Shown piece after piece: positions 29,712-37,879 of a DNA stretch of 43,347 nt (positions are counted from its first letter, which is position 1; each line of letters opens with the position of its first letter). The position numbers and the translations under genes are program-made. This DNA comes from Promethearchaeota archaeon (GTDB lineage Archaea > Asgardarchaeota > Lokiarchaeia > Sigyniarchaeales > SOKP01), in the NCBI GenBank assembly GCA_016840165.1, contig JAEOSU010000068.1, positions 1-43,347 on the forward strand, given 5' to 3'. The notes beneath the pieces were generated by a model. The model saw only the letters and a program-made list of their open reading frames with translations. It was not told the origin of the DNA and did not search any database.

Positions 29712-30242
29712 ATGTCCCCAAAAGAACTTACTAAAGTGGATATCACAAACTCCGTTTTTAAGGAACCAATTGAAGTTTTGAAACAGATCTCGTCAAGCTT
29801 AGAAGATATAAAGTACACAAAAGTTATTCAAACATTTGTTATGGAGGATCGGAGGTTGAATCTATCCCTAGAAAACGAGGGTTCTACATATTTTAAGGGT
29901 AAAATTGTTTGGATCGGAAACAAAAAGGATGAGAGCGAGGGGACTGTTTTTTGTGTGGACAACAAAAATGAATTAAAACAAATAAATCCAACGGCTGAAA
30001 ATACTGAAAAAGTAATATTGGATATTAAAAAAGAGACTATAAAGGTTTCTACAGCATCAAAAACAAAATGTGCGGTTTGCGGAAAAAATATTGAGATTTT
30101 TGATGAAGTAATTGGATGTCCATTATGTCAATCAAAAGCACATAGGGAACATATGATCGATTGGGTTAGAATGAAACATTCTTGCCCAGTATGTAAAAAA
30201 TCCTTAAATGTATCAAGTACAGGGGTTATATTTATAGATTAA
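29712..30242 (+). CDS. RING-variant zinc-finger protein (candidate E3 ligase)
   Basis: C-terminal CAVC-x12-CPLC...AHREH..DW.....SCPVC. Confidence 0.75.
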   Translation: MSPKELTKVDITNSVFKEPIEVLKQISSSLEDIKYTKVIQTFVMEDRRLNLSLENEGSTYFKGKIVWIGNKKDESEGTVFCVDNKNELKQINPTAENTEKVILDIKKETIKVSTASKTKCAVCGKNIEIFDEVIGCPLCQSKAHREHMIDWVRMKHSCPVCKKSLNVSSTGVIFID

Positions 30243-31013
30243 TCAAAAATCTGATAATTTTTGTGGATCTATTGATCCATCATACAAAGCTGTACCTATT
30301 AATACCCCTGAGAAATCATTTCTATAAAATAATTCAATATCTTCAAAACTTTTTATTCCTCCTCCTATGTAAATATCTCCATCGAAATGTTTTCTTATAT
30401 CCAAATAAAGGGAAGATATTCCTCCTAACTTTTGTCCAACTTTATATAGATCAAGTAATAGAATTTGATCAATACTAAGAGTTTGAACGAGTTTTATAAT
30501 TTTCAGAGGATTTTCATTTTGATAGGAGTTAATCTTTGTCAATAACTTCTCTTTATACATGTCAATGCTTAAGATGATTTTCTGATTACCTAATAAATTA
30601 ATGATTTTTTTAAGATTTTCAATGCTGATTAATGTTTCTAATCCTATTATCATATATTTAATATTATAGACTTGAAGTTCTAGCACATCATCATAAATAG
30701 AGATTCCAGGGTCAATCATAATTTCTATTCCTTCCATTTTGGAGATTTCATTTAGTATTTTGAAATTTGGTTTATTTTTCATAATAGCATCTAAATCTGC
30801 GATATAAAAACTAGAGAAATTAAATTTTAAATTAAGTAATTTAATAATACTTATAGGGTCATCATTCTCGATTAAGTAGGATTTTAAAGATTTATACTTC
30901 TCTCTTTCTCCTCTAACCGCATGTACAGCTTTTGAATTTAAAATATCTAAAACAGGGATAATTTTAAAATTTTGCATATGAACGACATAAAATAAATAAT
31001 TATCATAAGACAC
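30243..31013 (-). CDS. HisA/HisF-related TIM-barrel protein (type found in methanopterin/methanofuran clusters)
   Basis: IIPVLD....AVHAVRGERE.Y, YIADLDAI, IIGLET, SIDM, LDL..VG, GGGI, L.GTALYDG. Start may be ATG at 30977. Confidence 0.8.
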   Translation of the reverse strand: MSYDNYLFYVVHMQNFKIIPVLDILNSKAVHAVRGEREKYKSLKSYLIENDDPISIIKLLNLKFNFSSFYIADLDAIMKNKPNFKILNEISKMEGIEIMIDPGISIYDDVLELQVYNIKYMIIGLETLISIENLKKIINLLGNQKIILSIDMYKEKLLTKINSYQNENPLKIIKLVQTLSIDQILLLDLYKVGQKLGGISSLYLDIRKHFDGDIYIGGGIKSFEDIELFYRNDFSGVLIGTALYDGSIDPQKLSDF

Positions 31014-31145
31014 TAAATATAGAAATTAACAATATGAAGTACTCTTTTCTTTTATAAATGATTGCTAATTAATGATTAAATAATTTTATTTTTAAATTAT
31101 CACTTCTAATTTAATTCTCAAATGATTATATGAAAGCGAGATAAA

Positions 31146-32873
31146 ATGAATGAAATGAAAATAGAATCTTATATAGCAAAAATAATAGAAGAGACGGGGT
31201 TAAATCGTAAAGAGATTCAAGATTTAGTAAATGAAAAGAAAGAAGAGTTAAAAGGGTTAATTTCTGAAGAGGGCGCCCTATTCATTATTGCAAAAGAACT
31301 CGGAGTAGACGTAAAAGCTGAAAGTAAAGAGTTTTTAGGAGATCTAGATATAAATATCTCTGATATCACAAAGGAGATGAAAAATATCACCTTAATCGGA
31401 AGAATTAAAGAGATCTTCCGAGTTCATGAATTCGATAAAAAGGAAGGTGATAAAGGTTATGTGGGGTCATTTTTATTAAACGATGATACGGGCGATATTC
31501 GTGTTGTATTATGGGATGAGGATGTAGCAATCTTTCAAGATACTAATTTCGTTAAAGGAGAAATTGTTAAGATTATCAATGCTTACCCCAAAGAATCAAG
31601 GGATGGATCCCCAGAAATTCATGTTGGACGATTAGGTAAAGTTATTATCGCACCTGAAGACGTTGATTATAGAAAGTATCCTAAGATCAAAGAGGAGAAC
31701 ATAACCATAAAGAAAATAACCTCTAATCTACTTTCAGTATCAATTGAGGGAAAAGTTATGAGAAAATTTCCAATCAAAGAATTTACAAGAAAAGATGGCG
31801 GGATTGGCAAGTTATGTAGTATAATCATCAGAGATACTACTGATAAAGTACGTGTTAATTTTTGGAATAATAATGTTGAAAAAGTAAACGATTTTGAAGT
31901 TGGTGATGTTATATTCTTAAAAAATGTAAAACCACGAGAGAGCAATTATAGACCTAATACAATAGAATTAAATGCGAATGATAATACTCAAACAGGCAAA
32001 TTAGATAAAAAGTTAACTTTTAAAATTAAAAAGGTTGATAATATCAAAAATCTTAAAGATAAAGAGGATTTGGTTTCGTTTGAAGGAGTAGTGTCTTCAA
32101 TTGACGATTTAAAACAAATTACTACAAAATCAGGTGAGCAAATATCATTGCTTAGTTTCATAATAAGTGATGATACTGATGCAATAAGAGTTACTGCTTG
32201 GCGGGATTCAGCAGACAATTTAGTCCAAAAATTAAGCATGGGAGATGCGTATGAGTTAAAGAATGTTTTAATCAAATATAATTCTTATTCTCGAAGAAAA
32301 GAAATTACATATACAGAAAATTCCTCAATTAAGAAAGTGGATATAAAATTTTCTGAATTAAAGAGCTTAAAACCGTTTAATGGAGGAAATACAGAAAGTT
32401 TTTCAAGGGAATTCACAAAAATCGAAAAAATTAACTCTCCAGGATTTTATGAAATTAAAGGTTTTATAGCCAAACCAATAACAAATATTACGATTTATGA
32501 AGCCTGCTCTAAATGCTTTAAAAAAGTAGATAATTGTATTTGTGATGAACAAACAGATACTGAATTTCGTATGATCCTAAATTTAATTATAGATGATGAA
32601 AGCGGTACAATTAGAGCAACATTTATTGGAGATAACGCTGAGAAATTAATAAATATGAAAACAGATTTGGTAATGAAGATACGAGAAACTCCCGATTATG
32701 AAAAATTCTTAGAAAAAATATCAGAAGAATTAGTTGGCAAGGATATATATATCAAGGGAAAGGCAAAGTTTAGCGATTATAGTGGTTCATATGAGATCAT
32801 GGCAAGAGATATTAGAGATATCGATCTAAGCAGAGATTTAGAGGATAAATTAAAGGAAATTGCTACGTTATGA
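31146..32873 (+). CDS. rpa: Replication protein A large subunit (multi-OB-fold, RPA70/RPA41-like)
   Basis: N-terminal helical GLISEEGAL.IIAKELG, repeated D.TG.IRV..W OB folds, YEAC..C.KK Zn finger, IIDDESG.IRATF. Confidence 0.9.
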   Translation: MNEMKIESYIAKIIEETGLNRKEIQDLVNEKKEELKGLISEEGALFIIAKELGVDVKAESKEFLGDLDINISDITKEMKNITLIGRIKEIFRVHEFDKKEGDKGYVGSFLLNDDTGDIRVVLWDEDVAIFQDTNFVKGEIVKIINAYPKESRDGSPEIHVGRLGKVIIAPEDVDYRKYPKIKEENITIKKITSNLLSVSIEGKVMRKFPIKEFTRKDGGIGKLCSIIIRDTTDKVRVNFWNNNVEKVNDFEVGDVIFLKNVKPRESNYRPNTIELNANDNTQTGKLDKKLTFKIKKVDNIKNLKDKEDLVSFEGVVSSIDDLKQITTKSGEQISLLSFIISDDTDAIRVTAWRDSADNLVQKLSMGDAYELKNVLIKYNSYSRRKEITYTENSSIKKVDIKFSELKSLKPFNGGNTESFSREFTKIEKINSPGFYEIKGFIAKPITNITIYEACSKCFKKVDNCICDEQTDTEFRMILNLIIDDESGTIRATFIGDNAEKLINMKTDLVMKIRETPDYEKFLEKISEELVGKDIYIKGKAKFSDYSGSYEIMARDIRDIDLSRDLEDKLKEIATL

Positions 32874-32941
32874 TTTAAATTTTTATTATATAGAAATTTA
32901 TTACTTTTTAAAATAAATTCAATAATATTAATGAAATTCAT

Positions 32942-33880
32942 TTGAATAAATTAGATATTGTAGGATTAGGCGAAGTAGTGGTAGATTGGGTAGCAGAACT
33001 CCCTTATTATCCAAAACCAGATGAGAAAGTTGATGCCCTAAATGAGTCTTATTTTCCTGGCGGAGTGACTGCAAATTATTTGGTTGCGGTCTCAAGATTG
33101 GGTGGATCCTGTGGATTTATTGGGGCTGTTGGAGATGATATTTATGGAGATTTTTTAATTAATGATTTTGAAAGAGAAAATATTGATACCTATTTAACGT
33201 TTAAGATCAAGGATAAAGCAACCCCAGTAAATTTTATAATAATTATAAAAGGAGAAAAATCAATTATTCAATCTCCTCATATGCAAACCACTAAAATATC
33301 AGTCTCTGATTTGGATGAATCATATATAGGGAGTGCTAAAGTATTACATACGACAATTATTCATCCAAAAGTGACAGAGAAAGCTATAGAAATCGCAAAA
33401 GAATTTGATGTTCGAGTTAGTGTTGATTTAGAATCCCAAATTGCCCAGAGAGGGTGGAAAGATCTTAAAAATGTACTTTTAAATGCAGATGTTTTAATTC
33501 CGAATAAAGATGGAGCGAAAGTTATCACAAATACTGATTCTCCAGAAAAAGCAGCTATGATCTTGGTAAAAAAAGGAATACCAATAGTCATCATCACTTT
33601 AGGAAAAGAAGGTGTATTAATCACTACTAAGAAGTTTCAAAAAAAAATTCCCGCATATTATGTTGCAAATATCATTGATACTACTGGAGCTGGGGATTGT
33701 TTTAATGGAGCATATTCATACGGTTATTGGATTAGAGAATGGGATATAGAAAAGGCTTGCAGATATGCAAATGCAGCCGCAGCATTAAAGATTCAAAAAC
33801 TCGGAGCACGAACTGGGATGCCTACCCAATCTGAATTGCTCCAATTTTTAAATGAATTTGATGTTAATTGGGATTTATAA
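32942..33880 (+). CDS. PfkB-family carbohydrate/nucleoside kinase
   Basis: PGG..AN......RLG, GAVGDD..G, ITLG.EG, DTTGAGDCF; TTG start. Confidence 0.93.
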   Translation: MNKLDIVGLGEVVVDWVAELPYYPKPDEKVDALNESYFPGGVTANYLVAVSRLGGSCGFIGAVGDDIYGDFLINDFERENIDTYLTFKIKDKATPVNFIIIIKGEKSIIQSPHMQTTKISVSDLDESYIGSAKVLHTTIIHPKVTEKAIEIAKEFDVRVSVDLESQIAQRGWKDLKNVLLNADVLIPNKDGAKVITNTDSPEKAAMILVKKGIPIVIITLGKEGVLITTKKFQKKIPAYYVANIIDTTGAGDCFNGAYSYGYWIREWDIEKACRYANAAAALKIQKLGARTGMPTQSELLQFLNEFDVNWDL

Positions 33881-34316
33881 TAACTAGATTTTTATAATCA
33901 TCGTGATTATTGATGAAATCATTGAATTTATTATTTATATAATCTTCATCAAGATTGTCTATCTCTTCTGTGAAAGGCCAAATCCCGATTAATGCATCTC
34001 CAATTTTCTTGATATTTGCTATGAGAAAACCATTTCTTTTTTGTTCTGATTTCATTGAAAATAGGATAACTATATAGTAATTAATACTATATTCCCTTGA
34101 TAATTCCCCAATAATAATTACTTCCTCAAGATTTTGAAAGGTAATTATATTCTCAAAATTTTCACTCATCGATTTGAGTGATGATATATAATGGGAAGGG
34201 ATTTTAATAATATCTTCAGTTAATATACTTCTAAATGATAATGTCTTTGAATCAACTGATTTATTTTCATCTTGCTCAGTTCCTTTAAGAAGAACCTTAA
34301 AAATCACTAAATTCAT
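33864..34316 (-). CDS. Hypothetical protein
   Basis: 150-aa ATG ORF downstream of aIF1 on the same strand. Confidence 0.6.
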   Translation of the reverse strand: MNLVIFKVLLKGTEQDENKSVDSKTLSFRSILTEDIIKIPSHYISSLKSMSENFENIITFQNLEEVIIIGELSREYSINYYIVILFSMKSEQKRNGFLIANIKKIGDALIGIWPFTEEIDNLDEDYINNKFNDFINNHDDYKNLVIINPN

Positions 34317-34395
34317 TCTAATTAATCTAGTTTTTTTATTAATGCTAATAATATTTATGGTGGGGTCTCAAATGTTATGTTAGCGATTCAAGCTC

Positions 34396-34737
34396 TTATG
34401 TTCGACCCATTCTTTCTTGAATCGATATATTTTCTTCAGGAAATCCAAGATCTATCAAGAACTTTTTAAGTTTAAACTTATGATCTCCCTGTAATTCAAT
34501 TTCATTGCCTCGTACGGTACCTCCTGAAGCACACTTTTTCTTTGCTTGAGTTAAAATGTCTTTCAAGTTCGCATCAATGTTACCCTCAAACTTAATAACG
34601 GTAACTATCCGCCCCCATTTCCTTCTATCGTTAGAAATAATAATTTGTTGTTCGTCAGCGCTTAGACTATCACATATACATAGTTCTTTTGGAAAACTAC
34701 ATATGGGACAAATATCGTCGTCTTTAATACTCCTTAT
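34396..34737 (-). CDS. sui1: Translation initiation factor aIF1/SUI1 with non-canonical start (ATA 34737 or ATT 34728); missing from the ORF track
   Basis: Hand translation: (I)RS(I)KDDDICPICSFPKELCICDSLSADEQQIIISNDRRKWGRIVTVIKFEG...KKKCASGGTVRGNEIELQGDHKFKLKKFLIDLGFPEENISIQERMGRT*. CPxC..PKELCxC, RRxWGxxVT, GGT and IELQGDH are aIF1 hallmarks. Confidence 0.93.
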   Translation of the reverse strand: MRSIKDDDICPICSFPKELCICDSLSADEQQIIISNDRRKWGRIVTVIKFEGNIDANLKDILTQAKKKCASGGTVRGNEIELQGDHKFKLKKFLIDLGFPEENISIQERMGRT

Positions 34738-34927
34738 TCACAACCTTTATTATTAAAAACTTAATATAGTTCAGTATAAAAATAATAGAATAAAATCTTA
34801 TAAAAATCTTTTTTATTTCGATTTAAATCAACATTTCAGATCATGCATTTAATTTTAGCTTAAGCAATATTATAAAAATAAATTCTTTTTTATAATTAAT
34901 AACTATTTGGTAATAATTGGGATAAAT

Positions 34928-35452
34928 ATGATGAGCTCATGGATTTTTAAGGTTATAGTCGCTGGGGCGGGGGGAGTTGGAAAAACAGCGATGATTACAA
35001 GATATTGTACCGGAAAATTTCAAGAGGGATATAAAATGACAATAGGTGCAGGGTTTCATACTAAATCTGAGACTTTAGATACGGGAGAATCTGTCAAAAT
35101 GCAGTTATGGGATTTTGCAGGGGAAAAACGTTTTAGAGAATTACTTCCAGATTATTGTAAAGGTGCTAGTGGTGCTTTTATATGCTTTGACATAACAGAC
35201 TATGATACATTTCGTGAGATTCCTGAATGGTTAAAAATAATTCGCCAAAAAGCAGGATTTATACCCATAATTCTAATGGGTATGAAATGGGACCTTCCGA
35301 ATCATGAAGTAGATCCAGATATTGCCCATGAATATGCCATGAGAGCTAAATGTAATCAATGTGTATTATGTTCCTCCAAAGATAATATTAACATAAATGA
35401 ATCTTTCCAAGCAATGGCTAAGTGGTTAATATATTATGCAGCTCAATGTTAA
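34928..35452 (+). CDS. Rab-like small GTPase (ATG at 34928; the track start is TTG at 34907)
   Basis: G1 GAGGVGKT, G2 YKMTIG, G3 LWDFAGE, Y..GA.GA..CFDIT, G4 MKWD, G5 CSSK. Confidence 0.9.
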   Translation: MMSSWIFKVIVAGAGGVGKTAMITRYCTGKFQEGYKMTIGAGFHTKSETLDTGESVKMQLWDFAGEKRFRELLPDYCKGASGAFICFDITDYDTFREIPEWLKIIRQKAGFIPIILMGMKWDLPNHEVDPDIAHEYAMRAKCNQCVLCSSKDNININESFQAMAKWLIYYAAQC

Positions 35453-35620
35453 TCCAAGGAATTCTTGATTAATATTATTATTGAAGTTAAAAAGAGTTAA
35501 TTAGGAGTTTTATATTATTTTTTTCAATTCAAAGATATTTTATTTATCGAAAAACCTAAAAAGGATTCTTAATAAATTTATTATAAGAGAAGGTTTCTTA
35601 CATTCTCCCTAAATTAACAA

Positions 35621-35775
35621 GCCTCGGTAGCTCAGTTAGGTAGAGCGCTGCTTCGGTGTGCCTAAAGCACCCGGCTAAGGTTATTTTAATATACCTCCGG
35701 AAGTTAACCGGGCGGTCGCATGTTCGAGATCTTATCTGTTGAAACCCAGATAAGACGAAAACCATGCCCGGGGCG
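35621..35775 (+). tRNA. tRNA-Asn(GTT) with three introns (22/23: 35644-35665; 33/34: 35677-35702; 59/60: 35729-35761)
   Basis: Spliced sequence GCCTCGG TA GCTC AGTTAGGTA GAGC A CCCGG CTGTTAA CCGGG CGGTC GCATG TTCGAGC CATGC CCGGGGC G (74 nt, G73). Confidence 0.9.
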
Positions 35776-35847
35776 CTTTAAATTTTACCTTTCTAAAAAT
35801 AATTATTAAAAGTAAGTTCCTAAATTTATATTGATTAAGTTTGTAAA

Positions 35848-35952
35848 TGCTCCCGCCGGGATTCGAACCCGGGTCGGCGGGGTGAAGGCCCGCAATGCTA
35901 GACCTTTTCTTATAGGTAAAGAGTTAAATTGGCCGGACTACACTACGGGAGC
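35848..35952 (-). tRNA. tRNA-Glu(TTC) with a 30-nt D-loop intron (21/22: 35899-35928) and C33
   Basis: GCTCCCG/CGGGAGC acceptor stem, GTGT/GCAT D stem, GCGGG-CCTTCAC-CCCGC anticodon arm, 4-nt variable loop, CCGGG-TTCGAAT-CCCGG T arm. Confidence 0.88.
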
Positions 35953-36066
35953 TTATTTTTGTATTTAAAATGAACGTTGTAAGTATTATTTTTTAATTAA
36001 TCGTCGATTTTAAATTTTATTATAATAGTAATACGACAGCTTTATCAACGCTCATGAATACGTAAG

Positions 36067-36151
36067 TGCGGGAAGGGAGATTTGAACTCCCGAACTCCTA
36101 CGAGAATGGATTCTAAGTCCATCGCCTTTGACCAAACTTGGCAATTCCCGC
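36067..36151 (-). tRNA. tRNA-Leu(TAG), intronless
   Basis: GCGGGAA/TTCCCGC acceptor stem, ATGGA-CTTAGAA-TCCAT anticodon arm, long variable arm; 85 nt. Confidence 0.96.
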
Positions 36152-36342
36152 GTGATAAATTTAGTATTAATTAATTTACATATTAAAAGGCTTAAAAATA
36201 AATAAATATATCATACTTAACAAGGACTTGTAATGAATAATAAGTGAATATTATGAAAAAATAGAAATATTTATGAGTAAATATTAGTGTTATTAAAACA
36301 AGATCTATATTTAGGATAAATCACAAAAATTGGTCTTTTTGG

Positions 36343-37341
36343 ATGAGTGTAAGGGAATCTTTAATCAAACATCTTACATCTATTTTAAGAGCATCTAATA
36401 GTACTATTTTGGTTATTTTATGTGATTTAAATGGGCTATCAATAGCTAAAATAGGAAGAAAAAGTGATATCGAGATTAATCCTAATCAAATTACAAGTTT
36501 AGCATCTGCTGCATTTTCCGCAAGCGAAGAAAACTGGGAAGACTTAGAGATCAAGGACCAAGTAATATCATTTACATTTTTTGAAAAAGTGTGTTTAATA
36601 ACCATTAGAATTAATGAAACACTATTGACTATTGTACATGATTATTATAAAGAGTGGCCCTTGGATGCCGATAGTCTAGCCAGCTCTATGTATTATATAA
36701 AGCAAAAGTTAGGGGAATTTTTTGGTACTACTGATGAAACTGAGGATAGTTTAGAAGATTTTTCTAATAAAGTCAGAAGTGCCATATATTTATTTGGAAT
36801 GGGATCTGAGGTCCCCTTCGTGTCATATTCGCCAGAAAAGTTTGATTCTGTTAACTTATTACCTGCTCTGAGTTTTGTGTTGGATTCTCTTCAAAATCCT
36901 ATTTTTATTCGATACTGTTTAGTGAGTCCTAACGGATTAACATTAGATGCTAGAGAAGTATCTGGACAAAATCTTCCGATATCTGTTGAGGCTTTTTCTG
37001 CAAATGCGAATGTTGCGTTTCAGAAAATGAAAGAAGAATCTGAGGGAAGTTCTATAGGTAAATTATTAGGTTATATTGCTATTTCTGGAAGAAACCCAGA
37101 AAATTTTTTTGGATTAATCACTTGTCCTTCAGGCGTGCTTAAATTTTCAGAAACGGAGGATAACTCGAACATGCAAAATGTTTCTTTTGTGGGATTATTT
37201 GCTTTAACTTATGGAGGAATACCAATTATTTGTGAGTCTAGAAATATTATCTATTCCATTTTGAATATTATTGGTTCAGAGGAAACTACAGAGAAGTTTA
37301 TCAAATCTGTAAATGTATTAACCAGTTTTAAATATGATTGA
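36343..37341 (+). CDS. Tandem roadblock/LAMTOR2-like domain protein
   Basis: Two repeats of helix, beta-hairpin (LCDLNGLSIA; LVSPNGLTLD), helix (ITSLASAAF; AFSANANVAF), beta strands, helix. Confidence 0.65.
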   Translation: MSVRESLIKHLTSILRASNSTILVILCDLNGLSIAKIGRKSDIEINPNQITSLASAAFSASEENWEDLEIKDQVISFTFFEKVCLITIRINETLLTIVHDYYKEWPLDADSLASSMYYIKQKLGEFFGTTDETEDSLEDFSNKVRSAIYLFGMGSEVPFVSYSPEKFDSVNLLPALSFVLDSLQNPIFIRYCLVSPNGLTLDAREVSGQNLPISVEAFSANANVAFQKMKEESEGSSIGKLLGYIAISGRNPENFFGLITCPSGVLKFSETEDNSNMQNVSFVGLFALTYGGIPIICESRNIIYSILNIIGSEETTEKFIKSVNVLTSFKYD

Positions 37342-37362
37342 AATTCTCTTCTGAAATTAGCT

Positions 37363-37830
37363 ATGAATAAACCAAATGATAATTTATTTAAAATAAAATT
37401 ATATTGTCTTCACTATAATGAATGTGATCCAAAAAAATGTACTGCTTTGAAGTTGGAAAAGTATAATTTAATTCAAATTATAAAAAAAAATGAAAGAAAA
37501 CTACAAAAAGCAATAGTGTTAAATCCCTTTTCTCTTTCAGAGATATCAATACAAGATAAAGATATAGTGAAAAAACATGGAGTGATCGTAATTGATTGTT
37601 CATGGAAAAACATCTTAAATATAAAGTCAATCCCATCAAATCATGCTAGAAAACTCCCTCCCTTAATCGCAGCAAATCCAGTTAATTATGGAAAATGGGA
37701 AAAATTAAGTTCTGTAGAAGCCTTAGCTGCTGCTTTGTATATAACAGGTTTCACTAAAAATGCAGATTTTATACTTTCAAAATTCTCATGGGGAATAGAA
37801 TTTAAAAAGATTAATGATTTTTATTTGTAA
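37363..37830 (+). CDS. tsr3: SSU rRNA aminocarboxypropyltransferase Tsr3
   Basis: ECDPKKCT..KL, LNPF, IDCSW, R.LP.LIAANPVNYG, LSSVEALAAALYI, F.WG..F. Confidence 0.95.
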   Translation: MNKPNDNLFKIKLYCLHYNECDPKKCTALKLEKYNLIQIIKKNERKLQKAIVLNPFSLSEISIQDKDIVKKHGVIVIDCSWKNILNIKSIPSNHARKLPPLIAANPVNYGKWEKLSSVEALAAALYITGFTKNADFILSKFSWGIEFKKINDFYL

Positions 37831-37879
37831 GAATTAAGGTGTGAAAATTTAAAATTAAAAATAAAAAATAAAATTGAGG

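Noticed and set aside
34738-34743. In-frame TTG-TGA before aIF1 read as start plus selenocysteine (Lokiarchaeia use Sec)
   Set aside because: Position 2 is not a conserved Cys site in aIF1, and I see no convincing SECIS-like hairpin downstream of the stop.
34556-34756. 66-aa plus-strand ORF
   Set aside because: It is the antisense shadow of the real aIF1 gene on the minus strand.
35876-35894. Reading the tRNA-Glu loop CCTTCAC as a UCA (Sec/opal) anticodon
   Set aside because: UCA would be off-centre in the 7-nt loop, and the body has Glu features with a 4-nt variable loop and 7-bp acceptor, unlike tRNA-Sec.
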